From Bacteroidales bacterium (GTDB lineage Bacteria > Bacteroidota > Bacteroidia > Bacteroidales > UBA4181), in NCBI GenBank assembly GCA_031551455.1, contig JAVBNP010000006.1:6749-70748 (forward strand): DNA of 64,000 nucleotides, given 5' to 3'. The stretch's first letter is position 1; the number at the start of each line of letters is the position of its first letter. Below, piece by piece: positions 27,324 to 36,904 of this stretch. Both the position numbers and the translations under genes were made by a program. A model generated the notes under the pieces. It worked only from the letters and a program-made list of their open reading frames with translations. It did not search any database and was not told the DNA's origin.

Positions 27324-28427
27324 ATGGCACTTCAATGCGGTATCGTAGGGCTTCCCAATGTGGGCAAGTCCACCCTTTTTAATTGTTTGTCGAACGCCAA
27401 AGCTCAAGCGGCCAATTTTCCGTTCTGTACCATCGAACCTAATGTCGGTGTCATTACCGTACCCGACGGGCGTTTAATTAAGTTGGCCGAAATTGATAAT
27501 CCGCCAAGCGTTATACCTGCAACGGTTGAAATCGTCGATATTGCCGGATTGGTGAAAGGTGCGAGCAAAGGCGAAGGTTTGGGTAACAAGTTTTTGGCCA
27601 ACATTCGCGAAACCGACGCTATTCTGCACGTGTTACGTTGTTTCGAAGACGATAACGTGACCCATGTCGACGGTTCGATCGATCCCGTTCGCGATAAAGA
27701 AATCATCGATGCCGAATTGCAAATCAAAGACCTCGAAACGGTGGAAGCCCGTATCGGTAAAGTACAAAAGCAGGCGCAAACGGGCGGCGACAAAACAGCC
27801 AAACGGATATACGAAATTTTGGTGCAATACCGTGACGCTTTGCAACAAGGAAAATCGGCACGTACGGTGCAATTGGACAATAAAGACGATCGCAAGTTGG
27901 CGCGCGAGTTTTTTCTTTTGACAGACAAACCGGTGCTTTACGTCTGCAATGTCGACGAAACATCGGCCGTAAAAGGCAACAAGTACACGGAAGCCGTTCG
28001 CGAAGCAATTAAGGATGAAAATGCCGGATTATTGATCGTTGCCGCGAAAACGGAGGCCGAAATCGCCGAATTTGAAACGTACGAAGAACGACAAATGTTT
28101 CTCGAAGAAATGGGGTTGCAAGAATCGGGCGTGTCGCGGCTCATCAAATCGGCTTACGCTTTGCTCGATCTCGAAACTTATTTCACCACCGGCAAAGACG
28201 AATCGCGCGCATGGACGTTTGTCCGGGGAACCAAAGCGCCCCAAGCCGCAGGAATCATTCACACCGATTTCGAAAAAGGATTTATCCGCGCCGAAGTCAT
28301 CAAATACGACGATTTCGTGCGACTTGGTTCCGAGGCTGCTTGCCGCGATTCCGGAAAAATTGCCGTCGAAGGAAAAGAATATGTCGTACAAGATGGCGAT
28401 ATCATGCATTTCCGATTCAACGTGTAA
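27324..28427 (+). CDS. ychF: Redox-regulated ribosome-associated ATPase YchF
   Basis: MALQCGIVGLPNVGKSTLFN P-loop, a coiled-coil insert and a C-terminal TGS-like domain ending in HFRFNV. Confidence 0.95.
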   Translation: MALQCGIVGLPNVGKSTLFNCLSNAKAQAANFPFCTIEPNVGVITVPDGRLIKLAEIDNPPSVIPATVEIVDIAGLVKGASKGEGLGNKFLANIRETDAILHVLRCFEDDNVTHVDGSIDPVRDKEIIDAELQIKDLETVEARIGKVQKQAQTGGDKTAKRIYEILVQYRDALQQGKSARTVQLDNKDDRKLAREFFLLTDKPVLYVCNVDETSAVKGNKYTEAVREAIKDENAGLLIVAAKTEAEIAEFETYEERQMFLEEMGLQESGVSRLIKSAYALLDLETYFTTGKDESRAWTFVRGTKAPQAAGIIHTDFEKGFIRAEVIKYDDFVRLGSEAACRDSGKIAVEGKEYVVQDGDIMHFRFNV

Positions 28428-28495
28428 ATCGATTGTCTATTGATGATCGACAATTTTTGATTGTTGTTTTATTTTCGGATTTTAAAGAAACATTC

Positions 28496-29584
28496 ATGAC
28501 TCGGGCAATCAAAAATCAAAAATCATTTATCGAAAATTATTTGAAACATCATCCGGCAGCCGCCGAATATCGATTCCTGTTCGACTGTTGCCGCGCTGCA
28601 TTTTCGGGCAGTTCTGTTTCTTATCCGGAGAATGTTCGTCCGAAAGTATTCTTGGAAATCGTACAACATCACAAATTGATTCCGCAGCTGTATCCTATCC
28701 TGAAAGGGCATTGTGAAAATATTTCAAGCGATGTTTTACAAGGATTTCGGGAATTATTAAATCGACATAACTTACATATACTTAAATTATCCGGGGAATT
28801 GGTTCGGTTTTCCGAATTATTTTCGGCAGAAAACATTCCATGGCTTTCCGTCAAAGGCCCGGCATTGGCATTGCAACTTTACGGTGACATTACGACAAGA
28901 CAAGCGGGCGATTTGGATATTTTGGTGAAAGACGATCATTGGGCGGATTCAATATCAATACTCACGCAAGAGGGATATGAGATGATGTTACCGGAAGGTA
29001 TTCGAAAAGAAAAAAACGGGAAGAAAATTGGAAAACAAGTTAAAGATATCATGTTCCGACATCCCAAAAAAAAGATTCTTGTTGAATTGCATCGAAAAGT
29101 ATCATACGATTGGTTAACGCCCGACGATATTACGTCCTTGCTTTGGGATCGCCCCGAAAAAATACGCATCGGCAATGAAGAAATTCCCGTACCAAATGCT
29201 GCAAATCATTTGACATTTCTTTACGAACACGGTAATCGGCACGGATGGTACCGTTTGGCTTGGTTGTGGGATATTGCTCTTGCCAGAACCGGCGGATTCG
29301 GAAAGGAATTAAAGCGTGCGGAATTTTCGAAAGAATTGAACCGGTGTTTCGCAACAGCCGATACGTTGTGCAACGAAATATTCGGTATCGACATTCTTCC
29401 CGAAAACAACAATTCGGAATATTTCCGCCCGATCAACACATTGGTTCATTTGGCGGAAAAAGCAATGCTGTATCCCGAAAAAACAAAATCAACAAAAATG
29501 GCTTTGTTACGGTTGCGATATATGTTGGTCTTTCGTCCCGGCGTTGCGGGAAAAATAAAAAGTCTGAAAAGATATTTCAAATAA
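28496..29584 (+). CDS. Uncharacterised nucleotidyltransferase-family protein (NTP_transf_5-like)
   Basis: Start set at MTRAIKNQ (28496); the upstream 285 nt of the track ORF overlaps ychF out of frame. VKGPALALQLYGDITTRQAGDLDILV matches the KG...R..D.D.LV core of this family as I recall it. Confidence 0.6.
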   Translation: MTRAIKNQKSFIENYLKHHPAAAEYRFLFDCCRAAFSGSSVSYPENVRPKVFLEIVQHHKLIPQLYPILKGHCENISSDVLQGFRELLNRHNLHILKLSGELVRFSELFSAENIPWLSVKGPALALQLYGDITTRQAGDLDILVKDDHWADSISILTQEGYEMMLPEGIRKEKNGKKIGKQVKDIMFRHPKKKILVELHRKVSYDWLTPDDITSLLWDRPEKIRIGNEEIPVPNAANHLTFLYEHGNRHGWYRLAWLWDIALARTGGFGKELKRAEFSKELNRCFATADTLCNEIFGIDILPENNNSEYFRPINTLVHLAEKAMLYPEKTKSTKMALLRLRYMLVFRPGVAGKIKSLKRYFK

Positions 29585-29618
29585 CTGTTTTTACCGATTC
29601 GCAATTGTGTCCTCGGTT

Positions 29619-29649
29619 ATCCTATTGGGTTTTCAAAGCCCGATAGGAT
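29619..29649. repeat. Hairpin repeat of the CCTAT(C/T)GGG...CCC(G/A)ATAGG family
   Basis: atcctattgggttttcaaagcccgataggat. The two non-Watson-Crick positions are G:U-compatible on the plus strand. Confidence 0.65.
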
Positions 29650-29663
29650 TTATTTGAATACAA

Positions 29664-29694
29664 GACCTATCGGGTTTTGAAAACCCAATAGGTC
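29664..29694. repeat. Hairpin repeat of the same family, opposite polarity
   Basis: gacctatcgggttttgaaaacccaataggtc. It is close to the reverse complement of the copy 15 bp upstream. Confidence 0.65.
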
Positions 29695-29779
29695 ATCCGG
29701 AAAAGCAACAATTTGAACGGCAAAGTTCTCAACAAAGTAAAATGCAACCGCATCCGAACCGAACCCGTTAAAAAAGAAT

Positions 29780-29787
29780 TATTTTTG
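29780..29787 (+). promoter_or_regulatory. Candidate -7 promoter box (TAnnTTTG) for the DUF2339 operon
   Basis: TATTTTTG lies 55 nt upstream of the ATG at 29842. Motif match only. Confidence 0.3.
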
Positions 29788-29841
29788 TTCCGGTATTTGC
29801 CCGGAAATATTCCGTCGCATGTAAATTAAAATTCAGGCATC

Positions 29842-32241
29842 ATGTCCGAAAACAACGAAAACATCAACCGACTTCACGAAAAGTTGGAATCGCTTTTGAA
29901 ACGGCAAGAAGAATTTTCGAAAGAGATCAACGAGTTACGAGCCGAACTTTGCAAATTATCGTCCGAAAAACCAGACGAAGCGTCCGAGAAAGTAATCATC
30001 CAACCGGAAATAAAACCGATTGCGGCGAATATTCCGGTCGAAAAAGAAAAACCGATTGTTGTGTCTATCAATACCGATGGCCGCAGCCCGACAATATGGG
30101 ACGCGGAACAACCCCGTCGTTCCTCCACTAAACCGAGTCAAAAATCAAATATCGAAAAATTTATCGGCGAAAATCTGATCAACAAAATCGGGATCATCAT
30201 CACCGTTATCGGAGTGAGCATCGGCGTAAAATACGCCATTGACCACGAATTGATCAGTCCGTTGACGAGAATCGTGCTGGGTTATCTGTTCGGGCTGGGA
30301 TTATTGGGATTCGCCGTAAAGTTGAAAAAGAACTACGAAGCATTCAGCTCCGTATTGTTAAGCGGAGCCGCGGCCGTACTCTATTTCATTACTTATGCCG
30401 CTTACGCGTTTTACGATCTGATTCCGCAACCGTTGGCATTTGCGTTGATGGTGATCTTTACCGCATTCACGGTAACGGCCGCTCTGCATTACAACCGACC
30501 CGTCATCGCGCACATCGGGTTGGTCGGAGCTTATGCGGTTCCGTTCCTGTTGAGTGACGACTCGGGCAGAGTATTGATTCTTTTTTCGTACATGACGTTC
30601 ATCAACATCGGAATCCTCATCGTCGCCGTCAAAAAATACTGGAAATCGGTTTATTGCGCCTCGTTCGGGCTAACATGGGTCATTTATGCCGGATGGTATT
30701 TTGTAAGATACCGTCCCGACGAGCACTTCGGTTTGGCATTTACGTTCCTTTTCATCTTTTTTGTCGTGTTCTATGCGGCATTTCTGGCCTATAAAATTCG
30801 TAAAAACGAAAAGCTCGACCTCCTTTTGGTTATTTTGTTGCTGATCAATTCGTTTATCTTTTTCGGCATCGGTTATTCCCTTTTGGCCGATCGTCCGACG
30901 GGCGGACAATTGTTGGGGTTATTCACCCTCGGCAATGCCGTATTGCATTTTTTGGTATGCTTGGTCATATACAAGCAAAAACTTGCCGACAAAAACCTGT
31001 TTTACATCGTTTCGGGATTGGTGTTGGTGTTTATCACGATTGCGGTGCCGATACAGTTGAATGGCAATTGGGTGACACTTCTCTGGGCGGGCGAAGCAGC
31101 TTTGGTGTTTTGGATCGGAAGAACAAGAAACGTTCCCGTGTACGAGCGGCTTTCATATATTTTGATATTATTGGCATTCGGCAGTCTCGTTCATGATTGG
31201 ACAAGTACTTACGGACATTATTATCCCGAAGCTCCCGAAACAAGCGTAACACCGTTCTTTAACGTCACATTCCTCACTTCGGTGCTGTTTACCGGCGTCT
31301 TGACATTTATTCTTCTTCTGAACAAGAATAAAAAGTATCTGTTGCCGGACTCAAAAAATATTCTCCCGACAATCGTATCTTTTATGATTCCGATCCTTCT
31401 GTTGATCGTTGCTTATTGTGCGATTCGTTTTGAAATTGCCGCTTATTGGGATCAATTGTATGCCGATTCGGCCGTTACGATAACCGCTGATGGAGACAAT
31501 TATCCCGATCGTTATATGAATACCGATTTGATGAGATTCAAATTCGTTTGGATATTGAATTATTCGCTTTTGTTTCTTTCAATTCTTTCGTTCGTCAATT
31601 GCAAAAAAATAAAAAATCAATTGCTCGGATCGGTTACGTTAATTTTGAGTGTATTGGCCGTTCTCGTTTTCTTGACTTCGGGACTGTACATGTTCAGCGA
31701 ACTGCGCGAAAGTTATTTGGAACAAACCCTTTCGCAATACTATCACCGAGGCGCTTTCAATATCGGAATTCGGTATGTTTCCTTTGCATTTTTGGCATTG
31801 ATGTTGGCGACGTGTTATCAATGCATTAAACAAGGATTCATGAAGGCGAATCTCAAAACCGCATTCGATATTATTATCCATATAACGATTTTGTGGACGG
31901 CAAGCAGCGAATTGATTCATTGGATGGATATGACCGGTTCCGATGAATCGTATAAACTCGGATTGAGTATTTTTTGGGGAATTTACGCGCTGCTGTTGGT
32001 GGTGTTGGGAATTTGGAAAAAGAAAAAATACTTGCGCATCGGGGCCATCGTATTGTTTGGTATTACGTTGATCAAGTTGTTTTTCTACGACATATCGGAT
32101 TTGAGCACCGTGGCGAAAACCATCGTATTTGTATCATTGGGAATATTGCTCCTGATCATTTCGTTCCTGTATAACAAATACAAACGCGTTATATTCGACG
32201 ATCACGCAGACGCGGAAAAAGAAATAAACGAAAATCAATGA
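29842..32241 (+). CDS. DUF2339-like large polytopic membrane protein with N-terminal coiled coil
   Basis: 799 aa. N-terminal helical, charged segment (NINRLHEKLESLLKRQEEFSKEINELRAEL), a low-complexity linker, then more than 20 hydrophobic helices. Family from recall. Confidence 0.6.
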   Translation: MSENNENINRLHEKLESLLKRQEEFSKEINELRAELCKLSSEKPDEASEKVIIQPEIKPIAANIPVEKEKPIVVSINTDGRSPTIWDAEQPRRSSTKPSQKSNIEKFIGENLINKIGIIITVIGVSIGVKYAIDHELISPLTRIVLGYLFGLGLLGFAVKLKKNYEAFSSVLLSGAAAVLYFITYAAYAFYDLIPQPLAFALMVIFTAFTVTAALHYNRPVIAHIGLVGAYAVPFLLSDDSGRVLILFSYMTFINIGILIVAVKKYWKSVYCASFGLTWVIYAGWYFVRYRPDEHFGLAFTFLFIFFVVFYAAFLAYKIRKNEKLDLLLVILLLINSFIFFGIGYSLLADRPTGGQLLGLFTLGNAVLHFLVCLVIYKQKLADKNLFYIVSGLVLVFITIAVPIQLNGNWVTLLWAGEAALVFWIGRTRNVPVYERLSYILILLAFGSLVHDWTSTYGHYYPEAPETSVTPFFNVTFLTSVLFTGVLTFILLLNKNKKYLLPDSKNILPTIVSFMIPILLLIVAYCAIRFEIAAYWDQLYADSAVTITADGDNYPDRYMNTDLMRFKFVWILNYSLLFLSILSFVNCKKIKNQLLGSVTLILSVLAVLVFLTSGLYMFSELRESYLEQTLSQYYHRGAFNIGIRYVSFAFLALMLATCYQCIKQGFMKANLKTAFDIIIHITILWTASSELIHWMDMTGSDESYKLGLSIFWGIYALLLVVLGIWKKKKYLRIGAIVLFGITLIKLFFYDISDLSTVAKTIVFVSLGILLLIISFLYNKYKRVIFDDHADAEKEINENQ

Positions 32242-33467
32242 AATCATTCAAGTTATTCCCGGTCCTAATGTTGTTTTTCTGTGCGATTGCTTACGGACAA
32301 CCGGGATCGTACGATCGAAAACGCGAATTGAAAAATGTGACGCCGGGCTGGCATTCGGTGATTTTACCAAACGACATTTTCGGAAAAACAGCATCCGATT
32401 TCTCGGATATTCGAATATTCGGAATCACTGCCGGAAACGACACGGTTGAAGTTCCTTACCTGGTTCGTTCCTCGGAAGGAGAAGTTATCGATAAAACGGT
32501 CGCATTTACCTTCATCAACACATCCCTAAACGAAATGGGATATTACTTTACGTTCGAAATGTCCGTACTGCAAGCGATTAATCGGATGGAACCGGAATTC
32601 GGGCAACGAAATTTCGATTGGAAAATAAAACTCGAAGGAAGTCACAACCAACGCGAGTGGTTTACCGTCGTCGATAATTACCGAATATTGTCGATCAGCA
32701 ACGATTTGACCGATTTCCGATTCACCGAAATAACGTTCCCGACATCCAAATATCGTTTTTTCCGCCTGCTCGTTGAAAGCAAAGAGAAGCCCGATCTATT
32801 GTCGACAAAGATTTCGCAAACGGAAACAACCGTCGGCGTTTTCATCGATTATCCGGTCGAAAAATTACACATCAACGAGAACAAAAAAGCCCGACAAACC
32901 GAAGCGGAAATCTATTTACATAATCCCGTTCTCGTGAGTCGAATCCGTATCAATATTAAAGATACGATCGATTATTATCGACCGGTAACCGTACAATATC
33001 TTGTTGACAGCGTGAAAACGGAAAAAGGTTGGTTCTACAATTATGCTTCGTTGGCATCGGGAATCGTCAGTTCGAACGGCAAAAACGAATTGACGTTCAC
33101 CCCGATCGTAGCGGAAAAATTAAAAATTCTGATTCTGAATCGTGACAATCAACCCGTAACGATTGAAAGTGTTGAAATAAAAGGATATGTTTACGAATTG
33201 ACGGCGCGATTTACCGAAGAAGGGAAATATTGGTTGGCGTACGGCAATACCCGCGCGCGAAAACCGCAATACGACATCGAAAAGTTTACGGATAAAATAC
33301 CCCGAGACATCACCGCATTGGAAACGGGCGACGAACAAATCGTACACCGTGCGGCAACGACCGACGTGAAACCTTTGTTTGAAAATAAAGCATGGTTGTG
33401 GGGTATCATGACGGTAATCATTTTGTTGCTCGGTTGGTTTACGTTGAAAATGATGAAAAAAATGTAA
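32238..33467 (+). CDS. Secreted, C-terminally anchored protein (DUF3999-like), translationally coupled to the DUF2339-like gene
   Basis: The ATGA start/stop overlap with the upstream gene is 4 nt. Signal peptide MKSFKLFPVLMLFFCAIAYG. Single C-terminal TM segment AWLWGIMTVIILLLGWFTL. Family name is tentative. Confidence 0.45.
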   Translation: MKSFKLFPVLMLFFCAIAYGQPGSYDRKRELKNVTPGWHSVILPNDIFGKTASDFSDIRIFGITAGNDTVEVPYLVRSSEGEVIDKTVAFTFINTSLNEMGYYFTFEMSVLQAINRMEPEFGQRNFDWKIKLEGSHNQREWFTVVDNYRILSISNDLTDFRFTEITFPTSKYRFFRLLVESKEKPDLLSTKISQTETTVGVFIDYPVEKLHINENKKARQTEAEIYLHNPVLVSRIRINIKDTIDYYRPVTVQYLVDSVKTEKGWFYNYASLASGIVSSNGKNELTFTPIVAEKLKILILNRDNQPVTIESVEIKGYVYELTARFTEEGKYWLAYGNTRARKPQYDIEKFTDKIPRDITALETGDEQIVHRAATTDVKPLFENKAWLWGIMTVIILLLGWFTLKMMKKM

Positions 33468-33537
33468 GAAACATTGTGAATTCACCGATAGTACCAAAAC
33501 CGACGAAACGGGCGTTGTAAATTTTGTAAAAAACCCG

Positions 33538-33545
33538 TAGGTTTG
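33538..33545 (+). promoter_or_regulatory. Candidate -7 promoter box (TAnnTTTG)
   Basis: TAGGTTTG lies 33 nt upstream of the ATG at 33578. Confidence 0.35.
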
Positions 33546-33577
33546 CATTCCATCTTATCAATTTTAAAACAAACAAA

Positions 33578-34771
33578 ATGAGCAAAGTTTTGATCATAGG
33601 AGCCGGCGGCGTGGGTACCGTGGTGGCTCACAAAATAGCTTCGGTTCCCGAAGTATTCGGCGAAATCATGTTAGCCAGCCGCACCAAATCAAAATGCGAC
33701 ACTATTGCAGCGGCAATCGGCGGCAATCGTGTGAAAACCGCACAAGTGGATGCCGACAACGTGTCGGAATTGGTGGTGCTTATTAACAGTTTCAAGCCCG
33801 ATTTGGTGGTTAATGTGGCATTGCCTTATCAAGACCTTACCATCATGGATGCTTGTCTCGAAACGGGCGTCAGCTATTTGGACACGGCCAACTACGAACC
33901 GAAAGACGAAGCTAAGTTCGAATACAAATGGCAATGGGCCTATCAAGAGAAGTTTAAAAATGCGGGGCTGACCGCCATTCTCGGTTGCGGCTTCGATCCC
34001 GGCGTAACGAACGTGTATACCGCTTATGCCGCCAAACATCATTTCGACGAAATACATTATTTGGATATCGTCGATTGCAATGCGGGCGATCACGGACATC
34101 CTTTTGCCACGAATTTCAATCCCGAAATCAACATTCGCGAAGTAACGCAAAAAGGGAAATTTTGGGAAAACGGCAAATGGGTATATACCGAGCCGCACGA
34201 AATTCACAAGCCGTTGAAATATCCCGAAATAGGGCCCAAAGAGTCGTATTTGATTTATCACGAAGAACTCGAATCGCTGGTAAAAAACTTCCCGACCCTG
34301 AAACGCGCACGTTTTTGGATGACTTTCGGGCAAGAATATTTGACGCATCTTCGTGTGATTCAAAATATCGGTATGTCAAGCATCAAACCGGTGATGTATC
34401 AAGGTATGGAGATTGTGCCGATACAGTTTTTGAAAGCCGTTCTTCCTAACCCAGGCGACCTTGGTGAAAATTATACGGGATGGACGTCCATCGGGTGTCG
34501 CATTCGCGGGTTGAAAAACGGAAAGGAGCAAACCTATTATGTCTACAATAATTGCAGCCACGAAGCGGCATACAAAGAAACGGGAACCCAAGCGGTGAGT
34601 TACACCACCGGTGTTCCGGCCATGATCGGAGCCATGATGTACATGAAAGGTCTTTGGAAAAAGCCCGGCGTGTTCAACGTGGAACAATTCGATCCCGATC
34701 CGTTCATGGAACAGCTCAATATTCACGGTTTGCCGTGGAAAGAAGTTCACGGTGTCGATTTGGAACTTTAA
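33578..34771 (+). CDS. Saccharopine-dehydrogenase-family enzyme, carboxy(nor)spermidine dehydrogenase-like
   Basis: MSKVLIIGAGGVGTVVAHKIA Rossmann start. About 397 aa. The overall layout matches CASDH/CANSDH of the alternative spermidine pathway. Confidence 0.75.
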   Translation: MSKVLIIGAGGVGTVVAHKIASVPEVFGEIMLASRTKSKCDTIAAAIGGNRVKTAQVDADNVSELVVLINSFKPDLVVNVALPYQDLTIMDACLETGVSYLDTANYEPKDEAKFEYKWQWAYQEKFKNAGLTAILGCGFDPGVTNVYTAYAAKHHFDEIHYLDIVDCNAGDHGHPFATNFNPEINIREVTQKGKFWENGKWVYTEPHEIHKPLKYPEIGPKESYLIYHEELESLVKNFPTLKRARFWMTFGQEYLTHLRVIQNIGMSSIKPVMYQGMEIVPIQFLKAVLPNPGDLGENYTGWTSIGCRIRGLKNGKEQTYYVYNNCSHEAAYKETGTQAVSYTTGVPAMIGAMMYMKGLWKKPGVFNVEQFDPDPFMEQLNIHGLPWKEVHGVDLEL

Positions 34772-34794
34772 TAAAGTTACTATTAGTGAAAAAG

Positions 34795-34825
34795 ACTTCA
34801 GAGAGTTTTGAACTCTCCGAAGTCT
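34795..34825 (+). terminator. Hairpin downstream of the dehydrogenase gene
   Basis: gacttcagagagtt-ttg-aactctccgaagtc: a 14-bp stem with one mismatch, followed by tcgatttt. Confidence 0.45.
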
Positions 34826-34881
34826 CGATTTTCCCTGTCGATACAATCGTAATTTTTTAAATATCAACAATTAAAATCGGG

Positions 34882-35586
34882 ATGAGTATTCCCCGTTATC
34901 GTCGTGTTTACGAATCGTTGCGCAAACAGATTCTCGATGAAGTGTTTGCCGAGGGCGATCTGTTGCCGTCGGAAAACGAATTATGTGCGCAACACGGCGT
35001 AACGCGTCCGACCATTCGACATGCGTTGGATGCCTTGGTGAACGATGGTTTGATTGTGAAACACAAAGGCAAGGGAAGTATCGTTCGGCGCAATCCGAAT
35101 GTGGTGGGCATTTTATCGCTTTCCGGAATTACATCGGCGGTGGGAAAGCATAACCTCAGAACCGAGATTATCGTTAAACCGCATATCGCAAAATGGCCCG
35201 AATCTTTTCCTTTTCGTTTGACTGAAACTGAACTGAAAGCCGGCTGTCTCTGCATGGAACGCTTACGCCGGGTCGCCGACAAAGCAATTTTCTACGAAAG
35301 AACATATTTACCGGCATCCTATTTTCCGCGATTTTCGCAGCGCAACATGGAGAACCGCTCGCTATTCGAAGTGTTGCGAAAAGTGTATCACGTGGAAATT
35401 AAAGGCGGTGAACAATTAATCAGAGCTATTCCCGCTGACGTGCAAATAAGTAGGTATTTCGGTGTTCCGCAAGGGCATCCCGTGTTATATTTGGAACGCA
35501 AATTCATCATCAACATTTCGAACATTCACATATATTCTTTCCTGTATTGCGATACGGAAGAACATGCGCTTTACGGAACTTTTTAA
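34882..35586 (+). CDS. GntR/HutC-subfamily transcriptional regulator (wHTH plus UTRA domain)
   Basis: LPSENELCAQHGVTRPTIRHALDALVNDGLIVKHKGKGSIV is a GntR helix-turn-helix. About 234 aa, typical of the HutC type. Confidence 0.8.
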   Translation: MSIPRYRRVYESLRKQILDEVFAEGDLLPSENELCAQHGVTRPTIRHALDALVNDGLIVKHKGKGSIVRRNPNVVGILSLSGITSAVGKHNLRTEIIVKPHIAKWPESFPFRLTETELKAGCLCMERLRRVADKAIFYERTYLPASYFPRFSQRNMENRSLFEVLRKVYHVEIKGGEQLIRAIPADVQISRYFGVPQGHPVLYLERKFIINISNIHIYSFLYCDTEEHALYGTF

Positions 35587-35640
35587 CAATCAGTTTTAGG
35601 GGTTAATTGACCGTTAATCAATATTTTATTTCCCGACAAC

Positions 35641-36267
35641 ATGAAATTCATCATTCTTTTGTTTCTCGCGACATATTTCCCGTGTTGCACGAATATCGCA
35701 CGTCCCGGCGCAATTCCGGAGGAACCGCCGCAAGATAATCCCGCATTATTTTACGTTCGCTTGAAAAGCAAAGCTGACAGCTTGAAACAATTCTGTACCA
35801 ACAACAATCGGAACACGGACTACGGTATTCTCGTGGATATGTCCGTTCATTCGGGAAAAGAGAGACTGTTTGTTTGGAATTTCACCAATGATACAATCGT
35901 TTGGTCGGGATTATGTTGTCATGGTTACGGAAAAGGGAGTACCGAAGAAAAAATCGTTTTCGCTAACGAACCGGGAAGTTACTGCAGTTCATCGGGAAAA
36001 TACAAAATCGGAAAGCGCGCTTACAGCAAATGGGGTATTCACGTTCATTACAAGTTACACGGCCTCGATCCGACCAACAGCAATGCATATGATCGGCAAA
36101 TTGTACTGCATTCGCATTCATATGTCCCCGATGCGTCCATTTATCCGCACCATTTGATGTTGGGCTACAGTCAAGGATGCCCGGTAATTTCCGACTCGTT
36201 GATGAGGAATATTGATTCGTTGTTAAAAAAGACGGGTAAGTCCGTTATAATGTGGATTTATCAATAA
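35641..36267 (+). CDS. L,D-transpeptidase catalytic-domain-like (YkuD_2-type) lipoprotein
   Basis: The signal ends in FPCC. IVLHSHSYVP ... GYSQGCPVIS resembles the His/Cys active-site arrangement of the YkuD_2 family. Confidence 0.55.
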   Translation: MKFIILLFLATYFPCCTNIARPGAIPEEPPQDNPALFYVRLKSKADSLKQFCTNNNRNTDYGILVDMSVHSGKERLFVWNFTNDTIVWSGLCCHGYGKGSTEEKIVFANEPGSYCSSSGKYKIGKRAYSKWGIHVHYKLHGLDPTNSNAYDRQIVLHSHSYVPDASIYPHHLMLGYSQGCPVISDSLMRNIDSLLKKTGKSVIMWIYQ

Positions 36268-36904
36268 AACAAATATTTAACTCGTTATATAAGGATCATA
36301 AAAATTTGGGGTCGCATATGAATATAAGTCATTGTTTATAGGTATTTTAAACTAACCAAAAATTATAAATTTGTCAAAACAATATTTTGACAAATCCATG
36401 TAGCATCATTTACTTAAATGTTTACTTTTAGTAGTACTATAAAACAATCACATTATCAATCAATAAAATTAAAATAAGATTGTGTAAAAAAGATATATCC
36501 ATGCCTGCGGCTTGCATGATCGCCTATAACGAAATCGACAATATCAAACGAAAAAATGAAAACCAACAAAATAAATAAGGGAAGCAAAATACTCCCGACA
36601 ATTACAACCGGTGAAAATCAGTTTTTGGAAAAGGTTTTTCGATAACGTATAATGAAATAGATATGTAACCCTACCGTCACTAATATTAACACAAATGTCA
36701 ATCCGCCCGGTTGATGCCGTGAATAAATGGAAGTGCCGTATTTGCCGATAATAGTCGACAAAAGAAGAAAATCATTAATAGGTCTATGGATAGTTTTTTG
36801 AAATTCATTGTGTGAGTTTTATTTTCCCGCAGATAACGCAAATGATGCAGATAAAACCTAATAGGTTTTTATTACAAAAGAATTAACCGTGTATTTGGAG
36901 CAAA

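Noticed and set aside
28211-28495. 5' extension of the nucleotidyltransferase ORF that overlaps the last 217 nt of ychF
   Set aside because: The extension is out of frame with a near-certain ychF coding region and translates to an Arg-rich low-complexity peptide. The internal Met at 28496, just after the ychF stop, gives a sensible N-terminus.
36456-36808. Annotating the broken hydrophobic reading frames in the AT-rich gap as a pseudogene feature
   Set aside because: The frame with the longest open stretch has no start codon. The pieces need a frameshift and a stop-codon read-through to join. AT-rich DNA yields Phe/Ile/Leu/Lys-rich peptides by chance. It is kept only as a low-interest finding.
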